From Bosea sp. (in: a-proteobacteria) (GTDB lineage Bacteria > Pseudomonadota > Alphaproteobacteria > Rhizobiales > Beijerinckiaceae): a stretch of DNA of 64,000 bases. Of the stretch, positions 28,272 to 38,022 are shown piece after piece. The stretch spans positions 18,209 to 82,208 of the forward strand of contig DASYHC010000112.1 in NCBI GenBank assembly GCA_035998995.1. The letters are read 5' to 3'. The notes below the pieces were generated by a model. The model was not told the origin of the DNA, ran no database searches, and saw nothing but the letters and a program-made list of their open reading frames with translations. The position numbers and the translations under genes are program-made. The stretch's first letter is position 1. Each line of letters begins with the position of its first letter.

Positions 28272-29507
28272 ATGTCCGCCGTCGCCGACCGCGCGCCCAG
28301 CACGTCCAGCGCCCCCGCCTTGCCGCGGGAGGTGGAGGCACGTCCCTGGGCCAGAGTGGTGGCCGGCAGCGACCTTGCCGCTCTCGAAGCCGACTGGCGC
28401 GCGCTCGAAGCAGAGGCGCTCGTGACGCCCTATCAGTCCTATGACTGGGTCCGGCCCTTCGCCGCGACGATCGGCCGGGCCGAGCGCATGGAGTTCCGCT
28501 TCGTCCGGGTCGAAGACAGCCAAGGCGGGCTGCTGGCGCTGTTCCCGCTGGTGATCACCCGGCGGCTCGGCACCCGCTTCGCCGAGTTCATCGGCGGCAA
28601 GCACGCCAATTACCACATGGCGCTCTACCAGCCGGATTTCGCCGGGACGCTCGATACGGCGGCGACGCAATTGCTGCTGCAGGAGATCGGCGCGGCGATC
28701 GGCGGGATCGACGCCCTGTTCCTGATCAACCAGCCGACCGCCTGGCAAGGTATCGCCAACCCGCCGGCCGGCCTCGCCGCGGGACAGAGCCCGAGCCGCG
28801 CCTACAAGCTCGCCCTCGATCCAGGCGACGGCGACGGCACGCTCAGGCGCTCGATGAGCAAGCATGCCCGCAAGAAGCTGACGACGAAGCGCAATCGCTT
28901 CGCCGAGTTCGGCCCGTCCGCGCTGGTCCAGGCCCATAGCGACGCCGAGATCGCGCGCGTGCTCGACGCCTTCCTGGCGCAGAAGGCCGCCCGCTTCGCC
29001 CAGATGGGCGTTCCGGACCCGTTCGCAGCGCCGGCGATCCGCAGCTTCCTGCGCGAGGGTGCGGCCGGACAGCCCGGCCGGCCACCGGCGATCGAACTCT
29101 ATTCGCTTGACCTCGCCGGCCGCTCGGTCGCGACCTATGTCGGCGCCGTGCAGGGCGCGCGCTTTTCCGGCATGGCGACCTCCTTCGACCTCGGCTCGGA
29201 GACGGCGCGCACCAGCCCGGGCGAGATCCTGCTGGTCGAGCTGATCAAGCGCAAATGCCGGGCCGGCTTCACCATGTTCGACCTCGGCGTCGGCGAAGCC
29301 CGCTACAAGACGACGATCTGCGACGACAGCGACGAGCTGGTCGACACCTTCTTCCCGTTGACCGCCAAGGGGCGGGCCTATGCCGGCTACAGCCAGGCCA
29401 AGCGCGCGCTGAAGCGGCGGATCAAGGCCTCGCCTCTCGCCTTGAAGGCGGCGCAGCGCATCCTCGGCCTGCTGAAGCGCCGCAAGCCGGCGGAGGCGGA
29501 CGAGTAG
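28272..29507 (+). CDS. GNAT-fold acetyltransferase (FemAB/CelD-BcsL-like)
   Basis: AGGAGGA RBS. LEADWRALEAEALVTPYQSYDWVRPF... is typical of the CelD/BioF2-like acetyltransferase family as I recall it. Confidence 0.7.
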   Translation: MSAVADRAPSTSSAPALPREVEARPWARVVAGSDLAALEADWRALEAEALVTPYQSYDWVRPFAATIGRAERMEFRFVRVEDSQGGLLALFPLVITRRLGTRFAEFIGGKHANYHMALYQPDFAGTLDTAATQLLLQEIGAAIGGIDALFLINQPTAWQGIANPPAGLAAGQSPSRAYKLALDPGDGDGTLRRSMSKHARKKLTTKRNRFAEFGPSALVQAHSDAEIARVLDAFLAQKAARFAQMGVPDPFAAPAIRSFLREGAAGQPGRPPAIELYSLDLAGRSVATYVGAVQGARFSGMATSFDLGSETARTSPGEILLVELIKRKCRAGFTMFDLGVGEARYKTTICDDSDELVDTFFPLTAKGRAYAGYSQAKRALKRRIKASPLALKAAQRILGLLKRRKPAEADE

Positions 29508-29578
29508 TCCGCTCCTGACATATGCTAACAAGCGATCGGGTTTGATCGGCTCCGCAACATCCTCACGGAGCGGGCGAG

Positions 29579-29950
29579 ATGACGATCATCAGCGGTAACT
29601 GCCATTGCGGCGCGACCAGGTTCGAAGTCCTGGAGCCGGTGACGGAGGTCGTCGCCTGCACCTGCTCGATCTGCTCGAAGCGCGGCGCGCTGTGGAGCTA
29701 CCACAAGCCGGCCCAGTTCAAGCTGCTGACGCCGCGCGAGAACCTCTCGACCTATCGCTGGCAGAGCCGGATGGTGGCGCATCATTTCTGCGGCAGCTGC
29801 GGCTGCACCACCTTCACCGAATCGCCCGACTGGTCGAGCGGCGAGCCCGATTTCGACAATCCCAAGGTCGCGGTGAATGCACGCGTGCTCGACGATTTCG
29901 ATCTCGCCGCCGTCCCGGTCACGGTGATCGACGGCAAGAACCTGTGGTAG
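29579..29950 (+). CDS. GFA family (CENP-V-like) zinc protein
   Basis: CHCGATRFEV...CTCSICSKRGALW...HHFCGSCG Cys clusters. Confidence 0.85.
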   Translation: MTIISGNCHCGATRFEVLEPVTEVVACTCSICSKRGALWSYHKPAQFKLLTPRENLSTYRWQSRMVAHHFCGSCGCTTFTESPDWSSGEPDFDNPKVAVNARVLDDFDLAAVPVTVIDGKNLW

Positions 29951-29956
29951 CCGTGA

Positions 29957-32143
29957 TCAGGCCGGAACCGGTTCCTTGTCCGGCATGGGGAGCTCGAGTT
30001 GCTCCTCTGGCGCCTCGACCATGACGAGCGCGATCGGGGCTCCCATCAGATCGGTCAGGCGATAGGCGACCTCGACTGCATGGCCGTTGCCGATATGGCC
30101 GGCCATGACCAGCGCGCCCTGGGCGCGTCCGAGCAGCGGCGCCAGCGTCTCGGCGTCGTCGCTCGTGGCGGCGGCGACCAGCACCCAGTCATAGGTCTCG
30201 CAGAGCGCATCGAGCGCGACATCGACGATGTCGGACGCCGCCAGCACCGCCGCGCGCCCGGCCCGGCCCGCCGCGATCTCGTGCAAACGCGAATCCGGCT
30301 CGCGGGTGATGATGTCGGAGAACATCGCCTCGCCGGCGAGCAGTTCGGAGAAGCCGGCCTGGTCGCGATCGCCATCGCTGGCGAGATCGACCAGGATGCA
30401 GCGGCTACGCTCGGAGAGAAGCTGCGCCAGCGCCCGCGGCGAGGCCTCACCGGGTTCGGCCCCGTCGAGCACCACGACGAGCGGCGCATGGCCCTCGCTC
30501 GCCTTGTTGACGCACGCGGCAAGATCGGCCGCGCCGGCCTCGGGATCGGCGAGATCGAGATGAAGCTGGCCGACGCGCCCGCCATGGGTCAGGAGCCCGG
30601 CAATGCGTTCGCGACGCGGCGGCGGCGCGGCCTTGACCTCGCTCTCGGGCCGATCTTCCTCCTCGTCCTTCGGCGCGCCGAAGCCCGGCTCGCCACGATT
30701 CGGCCCCTTGCGGCGCGGTGCGTCCTGAGCGGGCGCCGACGCGCCGCCATTCAGGAGCTCGCGCGAGACCACCGCCGCCAGGGCGACCAGGAAGGTCGCG
30801 AGCGTCGCGACAACCATGGTCGGCAGCTTCTTCGGGAAGGAAGGCTGGGTCGGCTCGATGGCGCGCGAGATGATGCGGGCATCGGCGGGCGTCGCGTTCT
30901 GGGCGTCGCGGGCGAGCGCCTCGCGATAGCGCAACATGTACTGCTCGAGCTGCTCGCGCTGGGTGCGGGCCTCGCGTTCGAGCGCGCGCAGCTGGACCTC
31001 GTCGTCATTGGCGCCGGAGACGGTCTTCTTCTGGCCGTCGAGCGCCGCCGTGACGCTCTCGACGCGCTGGCCGGCGATCTTGGCCTCGTTCTCAAGCGTG
31101 CGCACGGCGCGCTCGGCGGCGGCGCGGATCTGGCCTTCGAGATCAGCGAGCTGGGCGTTCAGTTCCTTGATGCGCGGATGTTCCGACAGGAGGTTGCGCG
31201 ATTCGAGCGCGATCTGGGCGCGCAGGTTGACGCGCTGCTCGATCAGCCGGCGAACCAGCTCGTTGTTGGCGACATCGGGGATCTCGAAGGTGCGGCCAGC
31301 CTTGATCGCATCACGGATGATCGCGGCCTTGGCCTGGGCCTCGGACTGCTGGTTGCGCGCATTGGAGAGCTGCGTCGACAGGTCGGCGAGTTGCTGGGCG
31401 GTGATGGTCGTATTGTTGGAGCCAACCAGCAGGCCGTGGCGGGAGCGGAACACCTCGACCTTGGCCTCCGATTCGGCCAGCTTCTTGCGCAGCGGGTCGA
31501 TCATGGTGGAGAGCCAGGACGAGGCGCTGCGAGCGGTGTCCTGCTTGGCCGCCTCCTCCATTTCGAGATAGACGGCCGCGATCTCGTTGGCGGCCCTGGC
31601 GGCGAGCGCCGGATCCTGTGAGGTGAACTCGACCGCGACGATACGCGAGCGACCGACCGGGAAGACCAGAAGCCGGTCGTAATAGGCCTCCAGCACCCGA
31701 TCCTCGGGCGAGCGATCAGCCGGATGGGCGCCGATGCCGACCAGCACGCCGATCTTCTTCAGCGCACCCAGCGCGCCGGCGCCGGAGTCGAATTCAGGAT
31801 TGCCGACTAGGCCGATGCGCTTGATCGCCTCGCGTGCCAGATCGCGCGACAGGACGACCTGGACCTGGCTCTGCACGGCCTCCGGATCGAATTGCTGGCC
31901 GGACACCTCCGACTGGCCCGGCCGGGTGAAATAGCTGTCGCGGCTCTGTAGCAGGAGCTGGGCCTGGCCGGTGTAGCGCGGCGGAATCACGTTGACCGCG
32001 ACGAAGGACAAGCCCAGCGCCGCCAGAGTCGGCCCGATGATCCAGAGTTTCTTCGCCTTGATCGCGGCCCACAGGGCCGGCAGATCGAGCAGGTCGGAGC
32101 GGCTCTCGCCGGCGGCCGCAACGGTATCGTAGCGAGCGGTCAT
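29957..32143 (-). CDS. exopolysaccharide transport / chain-length determinant protein (ExoP/GumC-like) with degenerate kinase-like C-terminus
   Basis: Wzz-type N-terminal TM plus periplasmic coiled coil and a second TM. The C-terminal domain has EPGEASPR where BY-kinases have PGEGKS/T. ATG at 32143; alternative at 32206. Confidence 0.8.
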   Translation of the reverse strand: MTARYDTVAAAGESRSDLLDLPALWAAIKAKKLWIIGPTLAALGLSFVAVNVIPPRYTGQAQLLLQSRDSYFTRPGQSEVSGQQFDPEAVQSQVQVVLSRDLAREAIKRIGLVGNPEFDSGAGALGALKKIGVLVGIGAHPADRSPEDRVLEAYYDRLLVFPVGRSRIVAVEFTSQDPALAARAANEIAAVYLEMEEAAKQDTARSASSWLSTMIDPLRKKLAESEAKVEVFRSRHGLLVGSNNTTITAQQLADLSTQLSNARNQQSEAQAKAAIIRDAIKAGRTFEIPDVANNELVRRLIEQRVNLRAQIALESRNLLSEHPRIKELNAQLADLEGQIRAAAERAVRTLENEAKIAGQRVESVTAALDGQKKTVSGANDDEVQLRALEREARTQREQLEQYMLRYREALARDAQNATPADARIISRAIEPTQPSFPKKLPTMVVATLATFLVALAAVVSRELLNGGASAPAQDAPRRKGPNRGEPGFGAPKDEEEDRPESEVKAAPPPRRERIAGLLTHGGRVGQLHLDLADPEAGAADLAACVNKASEGHAPLVVVLDGAEPGEASPRALAQLLSERSRCILVDLASDGDRDQAGFSELLAGEAMFSDIITREPDSRLHEIAAGRAGRAAVLAASDIVDVALDALCETYDWVLVAAATSDDAETLAPLLGRAQGALVMAGHIGNGHAVEVAYRLTDLMGAPIALVMVEAPEEQLELPMPDKEPVPA

Positions 32144-32311
32144 GAGGCTTCCATTCACGCAGAACTCTCGCGCCCCCACGAGAGACGCAGCGTCATGTGA
32201 GCCCATTAAGGTTAGTGGCCGGTTAAGAGCGGCCGTTTCGAATATGCCGCGAAGGATCAGCGCGATCAGGTTTTGTTAACCATGACGACCTATCCCTAGG
32301 GGCATGTCTCG

Positions 32312-32887
32312 ATGGGTCCGCCGGTGATGATGAGTAGACATCCCGTCTGTCTGGCGCTTGCCGCCGCGCTCGCTTTGGCGGGCTGCGCGCCGCGCGTCGT
32401 CGCGCCGGAGTTCGCGGTCGAGAGCTCAGCGCCTTACCAGCTCGCCAGTGGCGACCGGCTGCGCGTCATCGTTTTCGGGCAGGACAATCTTTCCAACATC
32501 TATGCCGTCGACGGCTCCGGCCGCATCTCCATGCCGCTGATCGGTGCGGTCGAGGTGCAGGGGCGCACCACGCAGCAGCTCGAGCGGGCGATCGAGGCGA
32601 AGCTGCGCGGCGGCTATCTGCGCGAACCCAAGGTCTCGGTCGAGGTCGACGCCTACCGGCCGTTCTTCGTGCTCGGCGAGGTCACCACTTCCGGCCAGTT
32701 CCCGTTCGTGAACGGCATGACCGTGCAGACCGCGGTGGCGATCGCCGGCGGCTTCACCCCGCGCGGCCAGCGCAACTATGCCGAGGTCACCCGCCTGATG
32801 GACGGCCAGCTCGTCACCGGCACGGTGCCGATCACCTATCCGGTCCGCCCCGGTGACACGATCGTGATCAAGGAACGCTGGTTCTGA
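32312..32887 (+). CDS. polysaccharide export outer-membrane lipoprotein (Wza/ExoF-like)
   Basis: Lipobox LALAGC. Poly_export motif YQLASGDRLRVIVFGQDNLS plus an SLBB-like C-terminus. Confidence 0.85.
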   Translation: MGPPVMMSRHPVCLALAAALALAGCAPRVVAPEFAVESSAPYQLASGDRLRVIVFGQDNLSNIYAVDGSGRISMPLIGAVEVQGRTTQQLERAIEAKLRGGYLREPKVSVEVDAYRPFFVLGEVTTSGQFPFVNGMTVQTAVAIAGGFTPRGQRNYAEVTRLMDGQLVTGTVPITYPVRPGDTIVIKERWF

Positions 32888-32913
32888 CCTCCCCTGCCCG
32901 GGACCTTGCGACC

Positions 32914-34077
32914 ATGTCCGCTGCGGCCGGCTCCGCTCCCCTGACGATCCTGCATGTCTTCCGGGCGCCGCTCGGCGGGCTCTTCCGGCATGTGCTCGAC
33001 CTCGCCCGCGGCCAGATCGCCCGCGGCCATGCGGTCGGCATCTTCTGCGATTCGACCACGGGCGGGCCACGCGCCGACCAGATCTTCGCCGAGCTTGGCC
33101 CGCAGCTTTCGCTCGGCGTCACCCGCGTGCCGATGTCGCGCTATCCCAGTCTCACCGACATGCGCGCGCAGGCTTCGGCGGTCTCGACCCGCAAGCGGAT
33201 CGCGCCGCAGATCGTGCATGCGCATGGCTCCAAGGGCGGCGTCTATGCCCGCCTACCGGCGCTGGTCTCGCCCGGGCGGCGCTATGTCACCGCCTATACG
33301 CCGCATGGCGGCAGCTTCAACTACAAGCCGGGCAGCGCCGAGCACCGCGTCTACATGGCGATCGAGCGCCTGCTCGAACCGGCGACCGACATGTTCCTGT
33401 TCGAGAGCGCCTTCATCGCCGGGCGCTTCGAGGCCCATATCGGGCACAAGCCACGCACCGACCATCGCATCGTGCTCAACGGCATCTCGGAGGCCGAGTT
33501 CGAGCCGATCGATCATGCCGAGGCGGCGTTCGACCTCGTCTATCTCGGCGAATTGCGCTCGGCCAAGGGCGTCGACACGCTGATCGAGGCGCTCGCGCTG
33601 CTGAAGCGCAGGGACGGTTTGACACCGCGCATCCTGATCGTCGGCTCCGGCCCGGACGAGGCGCTGCTGCGACAGATGACGGTCGACCAGGGTGTCGCGA
33701 GCCAGTGCGTGTTCGAGCCGCCGGGCCCGATCCGTGCGGCGCTCGCCAAGGCGCATGTCATGGTGATCCCGTCGCGGGCCGAGTCCCTGCCCTATGTGAT
33801 CCTGGAGGCGGCGGCGGCGGCGCAGCCGCTGATCGCGACCGATGTCGGCGGCATCAAGGAGATCTACGGACCAAAGCATGCCGGCCGGCTGATCGCTCCG
33901 AACGAGCCGACCATCCTGGCCGATGCGATCCGCAAGGCCCTGGCGACGCCGGCGACGGAGCGCCTCGCCGAGGCCGCCGATCTCGCCTCGCATGTCCGGG
34001 CGAATTTCCGTCTCGACACCATGGTCGACGGCGTCCTCGATGCCTATCGCGCCGCGCTCGCTAGGCGCATCGGCTGA
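32914..34077 (+). CDS. glycosyltransferase family 4
   Basis: GT-B fold with E-x7-E region PSRAESLPYVILEAAAAAQPLIATDVGG. Confidence 0.85.
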   Translation: MSAAAGSAPLTILHVFRAPLGGLFRHVLDLARGQIARGHAVGIFCDSTTGGPRADQIFAELGPQLSLGVTRVPMSRYPSLTDMRAQASAVSTRKRIAPQIVHAHGSKGGVYARLPALVSPGRRYVTAYTPHGGSFNYKPGSAEHRVYMAIERLLEPATDMFLFESAFIAGRFEAHIGHKPRTDHRIVLNGISEAEFEPIDHAEAAFDLVYLGELRSAKGVDTLIEALALLKRRDGLTPRILIVGSGPDEALLRQMTVDQGVASQCVFEPPGPIRAALAKAHVMVIPSRAESLPYVILEAAAAAQPLIATDVGGIKEIYGPKHAGRLIAPNEPTILADAIRKALATPATERLAEAADLASHVRANFRLDTMVDGVLDAYRAALARRIG

Positions 34078-34203
34078 CGATCGACAGCCGAGCGGGCGCT
34101 GTCGGTTCCGCTTTCGCGAATCCTCCCCTATGCTCGCCTTGTCGCGGGCTCTCGGCGTTGGCCCTGTCCGCCCGCGACGCGAACCGGTTCGGATGGCGCG
34201 AGC

Positions 34204-34731
34204 ATGTGGCGCGACGGACGCAAGGCGAGCGCGCGCCGCGCGCGGCTCGAACGCGAATGGGCGCGGCTGTTCCGCTATGCCTGCGCGCTGACGCGCGACC
34301 GGGAGCGGGCCGCCGATGCCGCGCAGGAAGCCGCCTTGCGGATTCTGACGGCCAAGAGCGAGCCGGCGGACGATCCCGCCTATCGCCGCTGGCTCTACAG
34401 CATCCTGCGTAACCTGCTGATCGATCAGGTCCGGCGGCAGCAGCGCGAGCAAGGCACGCCGGCGCCCGAACCGGCCGACTGGTGTTTCGACGAACGCGCG
34501 CTCAGCGCGATCACGGTGCGGCAGGCTTTGGAGCAACTGCCCGGCGCGATGAAGGAGGTGGTGGTCTTGGTCGATCTCGACGGCTTCAGCTATGCGGAGG
34601 CGGCGGCGCTGATCGGCGTACCGGCCGGCACCGTGATGAGCCGCCTGTCGCGAGCCCGGGCCATGCTGCTGACAATCATAGGGGGAGCCAATATCCGCGT
34701 GCTCCCGATCCGCCATGCCGCATCGAGCTGA
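34204..34731 (+). CDS. ECF-type RNA polymerase sigma factor
   Basis: Sigma-2 (LFRYACALTRDRERAADAAQEAALRI) and sigma-4 (FSYAEAAALIGVPAGTVMSRLSRARAML) regions. Confidence 0.85.
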   Translation: MWRDGRKASARRARLEREWARLFRYACALTRDRERAADAAQEAALRILTAKSEPADDPAYRRWLYSILRNLLIDQVRRQQREQGTPAPEPADWCFDERALSAITVRQALEQLPGAMKEVVVLVDLDGFSYAEAAALIGVPAGTVMSRLSRARAMLLTIIGGANIRVLPIRHAASS

Positions 34732-35476
34732 TCTGCCGCTTCCATCGGATTGGGAGAAGCTCAACGCCTTCGCCGATGGCGAGCTGGCGCCGGCCGAGCA
34801 GCGTGCCCTGGCGGAACGGCTCGCGACCTCGCCGGAGACGGCTGAGACGCTGCGTGGCATCGTCAGGCTGAAGCAGGAATTGCAGGCGCTGCCGGCTGGC
34901 GATGCGCCGCCCCTCCCTGCGCTCCCGGCATCAGCGCGCCTGCGCTGGCGACAAGTCGCAGCCATCGCGGCCGCGCTCGTCATCGCCACAGCCGTCGCCT
35001 TTACGCCGATCCTGCTACGGCCCGATGCCTCCGACGCCTTCCTCTCGGCGTCGATGGCGGCGCATGAGCAATTCGCGAGCGCGCCGGCCCAGCCTGCGGC
35101 GATGGTCGCGCCAGCCGCGGCCTTGCCAGTCGCCAACGAGCTCGCTCGTCTTGGCCTGCAGCCGGTCTGGCAGACGGGTGCGGTAACCGGTGAGATCCGG
35201 ATCGGCTTCGTCGGCGCGCGCGGCTGCCGGCTCAGCCTGCATGTCAGCTCGCATGACGAGCCGGCGCCGGTACCCGTTCGGGCCGACGCTGCTCTGACAG
35301 GCTGGAATGCCGGTGGAAACGGCTATCTCGTGATCGCAACCGGAATGCCGCAGGCGCGTTTCGAGATGATCGCCGGCTTCATCAAGGCCCTGACCAGCGA
35401 GCCTGCCGACAAGGTCGAGCCGCTGCGCACCGCCCTCCAGAACGACTGGCGCAACGCGCAGCCCTGCCTCGCCTAG
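34715..35476 (+). CDS. anti-sigma factor (putative)
   Basis: 17-nt overlap with the sigma gene. N-terminal LNAFADGELAPAEQRALAERL motif and a central TM helix. Confidence 0.6.
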   Translation: MPHRADLPLPSDWEKLNAFADGELAPAEQRALAERLATSPETAETLRGIVRLKQELQALPAGDAPPLPALPASARLRWRQVAAIAAALVIATAVAFTPILLRPDASDAFLSASMAAHEQFASAPAQPAAMVAPAAALPVANELARLGLQPVWQTGAVTGEIRIGFVGARGCRLSLHVSSHDEPAPVPVRADAALTGWNAGGNGYLVIATGMPQARFEMIAGFIKALTSEPADKVEPLRTALQNDWRNAQPCLA

Positions 35477-35567
35477 AATCTTTTTTGCCCAGATGGAATG
35501 AACTGAGCTCCTCACCCGTCTTGTTACCAGAAGCCGGCGCAATGGCGACGCCGCGAGGGAGGACAGC

Positions 35568-36938
35568 ATGGCGAAGCAGGAACGGTCCCTGGGCGAACTC
35601 TATGGCGACGATCCGGAGCGCGGCGATGCGCTCGCCTTCGGCCGCCGCACCGGCTCCTCCCGCCGCGGCTTCCTCGGTGGTGCCGGGCTCGCGACGATGG
35701 GCGCAGCTGTCGGCGGCTCGATCCCGTTCTCCGATCATATGCCTGGCGGACTGATCCCGGCCGCACTGGCGCAGGGCACCCCGCCCGCCTCGCCGGCTCC
35801 CTCCGCCGCTCCGGCAGCGGCTGCGCCCAAGGGTCCGCAGATCCTCGACTTCCCCGGCAAGGCCAAGGGCCTCGTACTGCTCGGCGACCGGCCGCTCGTC
35901 GCCGAGACGCCGGAGCACATGCTCGACGACGACACCACGCCGTTCGAGAAGTTCTACGTCCGCAATAACGGCCAGACGCCGGAGCCCTTCACCGAAGGCG
36001 ACGCGTGGGAACTGACCATCGACGGCGAGGTCAATACGCCGCTGAAGATCAAGCTCGGCGAGCTCAAGCAGAAATTCACGCACAAGACCTTCCGCATGGT
36101 GCTGGAATGCGGCGGCAATGGCCGCTCCTTCTTCCAGCCGCAGGCGCGCGGCAACCAGTGGACCAATGGCGGCGCCGGCTGCGCCGAGTGGACCGGCGTG
36201 CCGCTCGCCGACGTGCTGCAGAGCGCCGGCCTGAAGTCGACCGCCGTCCACACCGGCAATTTCGGCGCCGACCAGCATCTCTCGGGCGATGCCACGAAGG
36301 ATGCGATCTCGCGCGGCGTGCCGATCGCGGCGGCGCTGGAGCCGCATGCGCTCCTGGTCTGGGGGATGAACGGCCAGCCGCTCCCGGCCATTCATGGCGG
36401 ACCACTGCGCGTGATCATCCCCGGCTTCCCGGCCTCGGTCTCGCATAAATGGCTGAAGCGGATCGCGATCCGCGACAAGGTGCATGACGGCCAGGGCATG
36501 GGCGGCACCTCTTATTCGGTCGCGATCAAGCCGATGATCCCCGGCGGCAAGACCGACGATGCCAACATGCGCACGATGACCGACATGCCGGTGCGCGGCA
36601 TCATCACCAACCCGGCCAACGGCACGCGCCTCGCCGCCGGCACCCGCAAGCTCGCTCTGCGCGGCGCGGCCTGGGACGGGCATGAGGGCGTCTCGCGCGT
36701 CGATGTCTCGATCGATTTCGGAGCGACCTGGCAGCCGGCGAAAGCCGCCGAGCCGAAGAACCGCTATGACTGGCGGCGCTGGACCGCCGATGTCGAACTC
36801 CCGTCCGACGGCTATTACGAGCTCTGGGTCCGCGCCACCGACAGCAAGGGCCGGGCGCAGCCGCATGTTGCCGGCGGCTGGAACCCGCAAGGCTATGGCG
36901 CCAACCCGATGCACCGGGTCGCGGTCCTGGTCGGGTGA
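35568..36938 (+). CDS. sorA: sulfite dehydrogenase, molybdopterin subunit (SorA-like)
   Basis: Tat signal SRRGFLGGAGLATMGAAV. Sulfite-oxidase family Mo-domain (LECGGNGR, Cys ligand) plus a dimerisation domain. Confidence 0.85.
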   Translation: MAKQERSLGELYGDDPERGDALAFGRRTGSSRRGFLGGAGLATMGAAVGGSIPFSDHMPGGLIPAALAQGTPPASPAPSAAPAAAAPKGPQILDFPGKAKGLVLLGDRPLVAETPEHMLDDDTTPFEKFYVRNNGQTPEPFTEGDAWELTIDGEVNTPLKIKLGELKQKFTHKTFRMVLECGGNGRSFFQPQARGNQWTNGGAGCAEWTGVPLADVLQSAGLKSTAVHTGNFGADQHLSGDATKDAISRGVPIAAALEPHALLVWGMNGQPLPAIHGGPLRVIIPGFPASVSHKWLKRIAIRDKVHDGQGMGGTSYSVAIKPMIPGGKTDDANMRTMTDMPVRGIITNPANGTRLAAGTRKLALRGAAWDGHEGVSRVDVSIDFGATWQPAKAAEPKNRYDWRRWTADVELPSDGYYELWVRATDSKGRAQPHVAGGWNPQGYGANPMHRVAVLVG

Positions 36939-37303
36939 GCGCCATGATCGCACGCATTCGCCGTGCCGGGTTCATGCTCGGCGCGGGGCTTCTCTTCGTC
37001 GCGTCATCGGCGCTGGCGCAGGTCCCCGCCCCATCCGAAGAGACGCCGGAGATGTTCCCGGCCGGGCCGAACCGCGACGAGGCCTTCTATGCCTGCATCG
37101 CCTGCCACAACTTCAAGCTGGTCGCGGCCCAGGGCTTGAGCCGCGAGAAATGGGGCGAGACGCTCGACTGGATGGTGAGCAAGCACAACATGCCGGCCCT
37201 CGCCGCAGACGAACGCGGCAAGGTGCTCGACTATCTCGCCGAGGTGTTTCCGCCGAAGGCGCCGTCGCAACAGGGCGGGTGGAAGAACCCGTTCCTGAAC
37301 TGA
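36935..37303 (+). CDS. sorB: cytochrome c subunit (SorB-like)
   Basis: Overlaps the sorA stop. Signal peptide and CIACH heme-binding motif. Confidence 0.75.
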   Translation: MSAMIARIRRAGFMLGAGLLFVASSALAQVPAPSEETPEMFPAGPNRDEAFYACIACHNFKLVAAQGLSREKWGETLDWMVSKHNMPALAADERGKVLDYLAEVFPPKAPSQQGGWKNPFLN

Positions 37304-37318
37304 GACGGCGCCGTCCGG

Positions 37319-37657
37319 TCAGAACAGCTTGAGCGCGACCACACCGGCGACGACCAGCGCGATGCCGAGCCAGCCGGCCGGGCGGATGCGCTGGCCGAAG
37401 GCGAGCGAGCCGACCACGGCCGTCAGCACCAGGCCGACGCCGCCCCAGACGGCGTAGGCGACCGAGAGGTCCATGCCACGGATCGCCTGCGCCAGGGCGG
37501 CAAAGGCGCCGACGACACAGAGCACGCCGAGGGCGCCGACGAGCCGGCGCTTCAGCCCGTCGGAGAGCTTGAGCAGGCTGGTGCCGATCACCTCGAGGGC
37601 GACGGCCAGGCCCAGCCAGGCAAGCGCGAAGGCTTGCGCGGAGGCAGCGAAGGTCAC
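37319..37657 (-). CDS. SMR family multidrug efflux protein (paired subunit)
   Basis: Four TM helices, LEVIGTSLLKLS (conserved Glu), AYAVWGGVG. GTG start overlaps the upstream stop (GTGA). Confidence 0.8.
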   Translation of the reverse strand: MTFAASAQAFALAWLGLAVALEVIGTSLLKLSDGLKRRLVGALGVLCVVGAFAALAQAIRGMDLSVAYAVWGGVGLVLTAVVGSLAFGQRIRPAGWLGIALVVAGVVALKLF

Positions 37658-38022
37658 ACCAGCCTCCGCTCGTCCTCCTTGGACGCCACATGGTCGGCGT
37701 CGTGACCGACGCCGCGTTCGAGCAGCACGATGCCGCCGATGATCAGGGCCAGCGCCAGGATGCGCGAGACCGTCAGATGCTCGGCGAAGAAGGCATGGCC
37801 GATCAGGGCGATGCCGACGATGCCGAGGCCTTCCCAGACCGCATAGGCGACCGCCATCGGGATGACCCGGAGGGCGACGCTGAGCAGGGCGAAGGATAAT
37901 CCGATCAGCACGAGCGGCAGGACCGCGACGAGGACCGGGGCCGCGACGAAGGCTTTCAGAGCCGAGGTCGCGGCAAGCTCCACGGCAATGGCCGCGAGCA
38001 GGATCAACCAATGAAAAGACAT
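37654..38022 (-). CDS. SMR family multidrug efflux protein (paired subunit)
   Basis: IAVELAATSALK (conserved Glu), AYAVWEGLG. 4-nt overlap with the downstream SMR gene. Confidence 0.8.
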   Translation of the reverse strand: MSFHWLILLAAIAVELAATSALKAFVAAPVLVAVLPLVLIGLSFALLSVALRVIPMAVAYAVWEGLGIVGIALIGHAFFAEHLTVSRILALALIIGGIVLLERGVGHDADHVASKEDERRLV

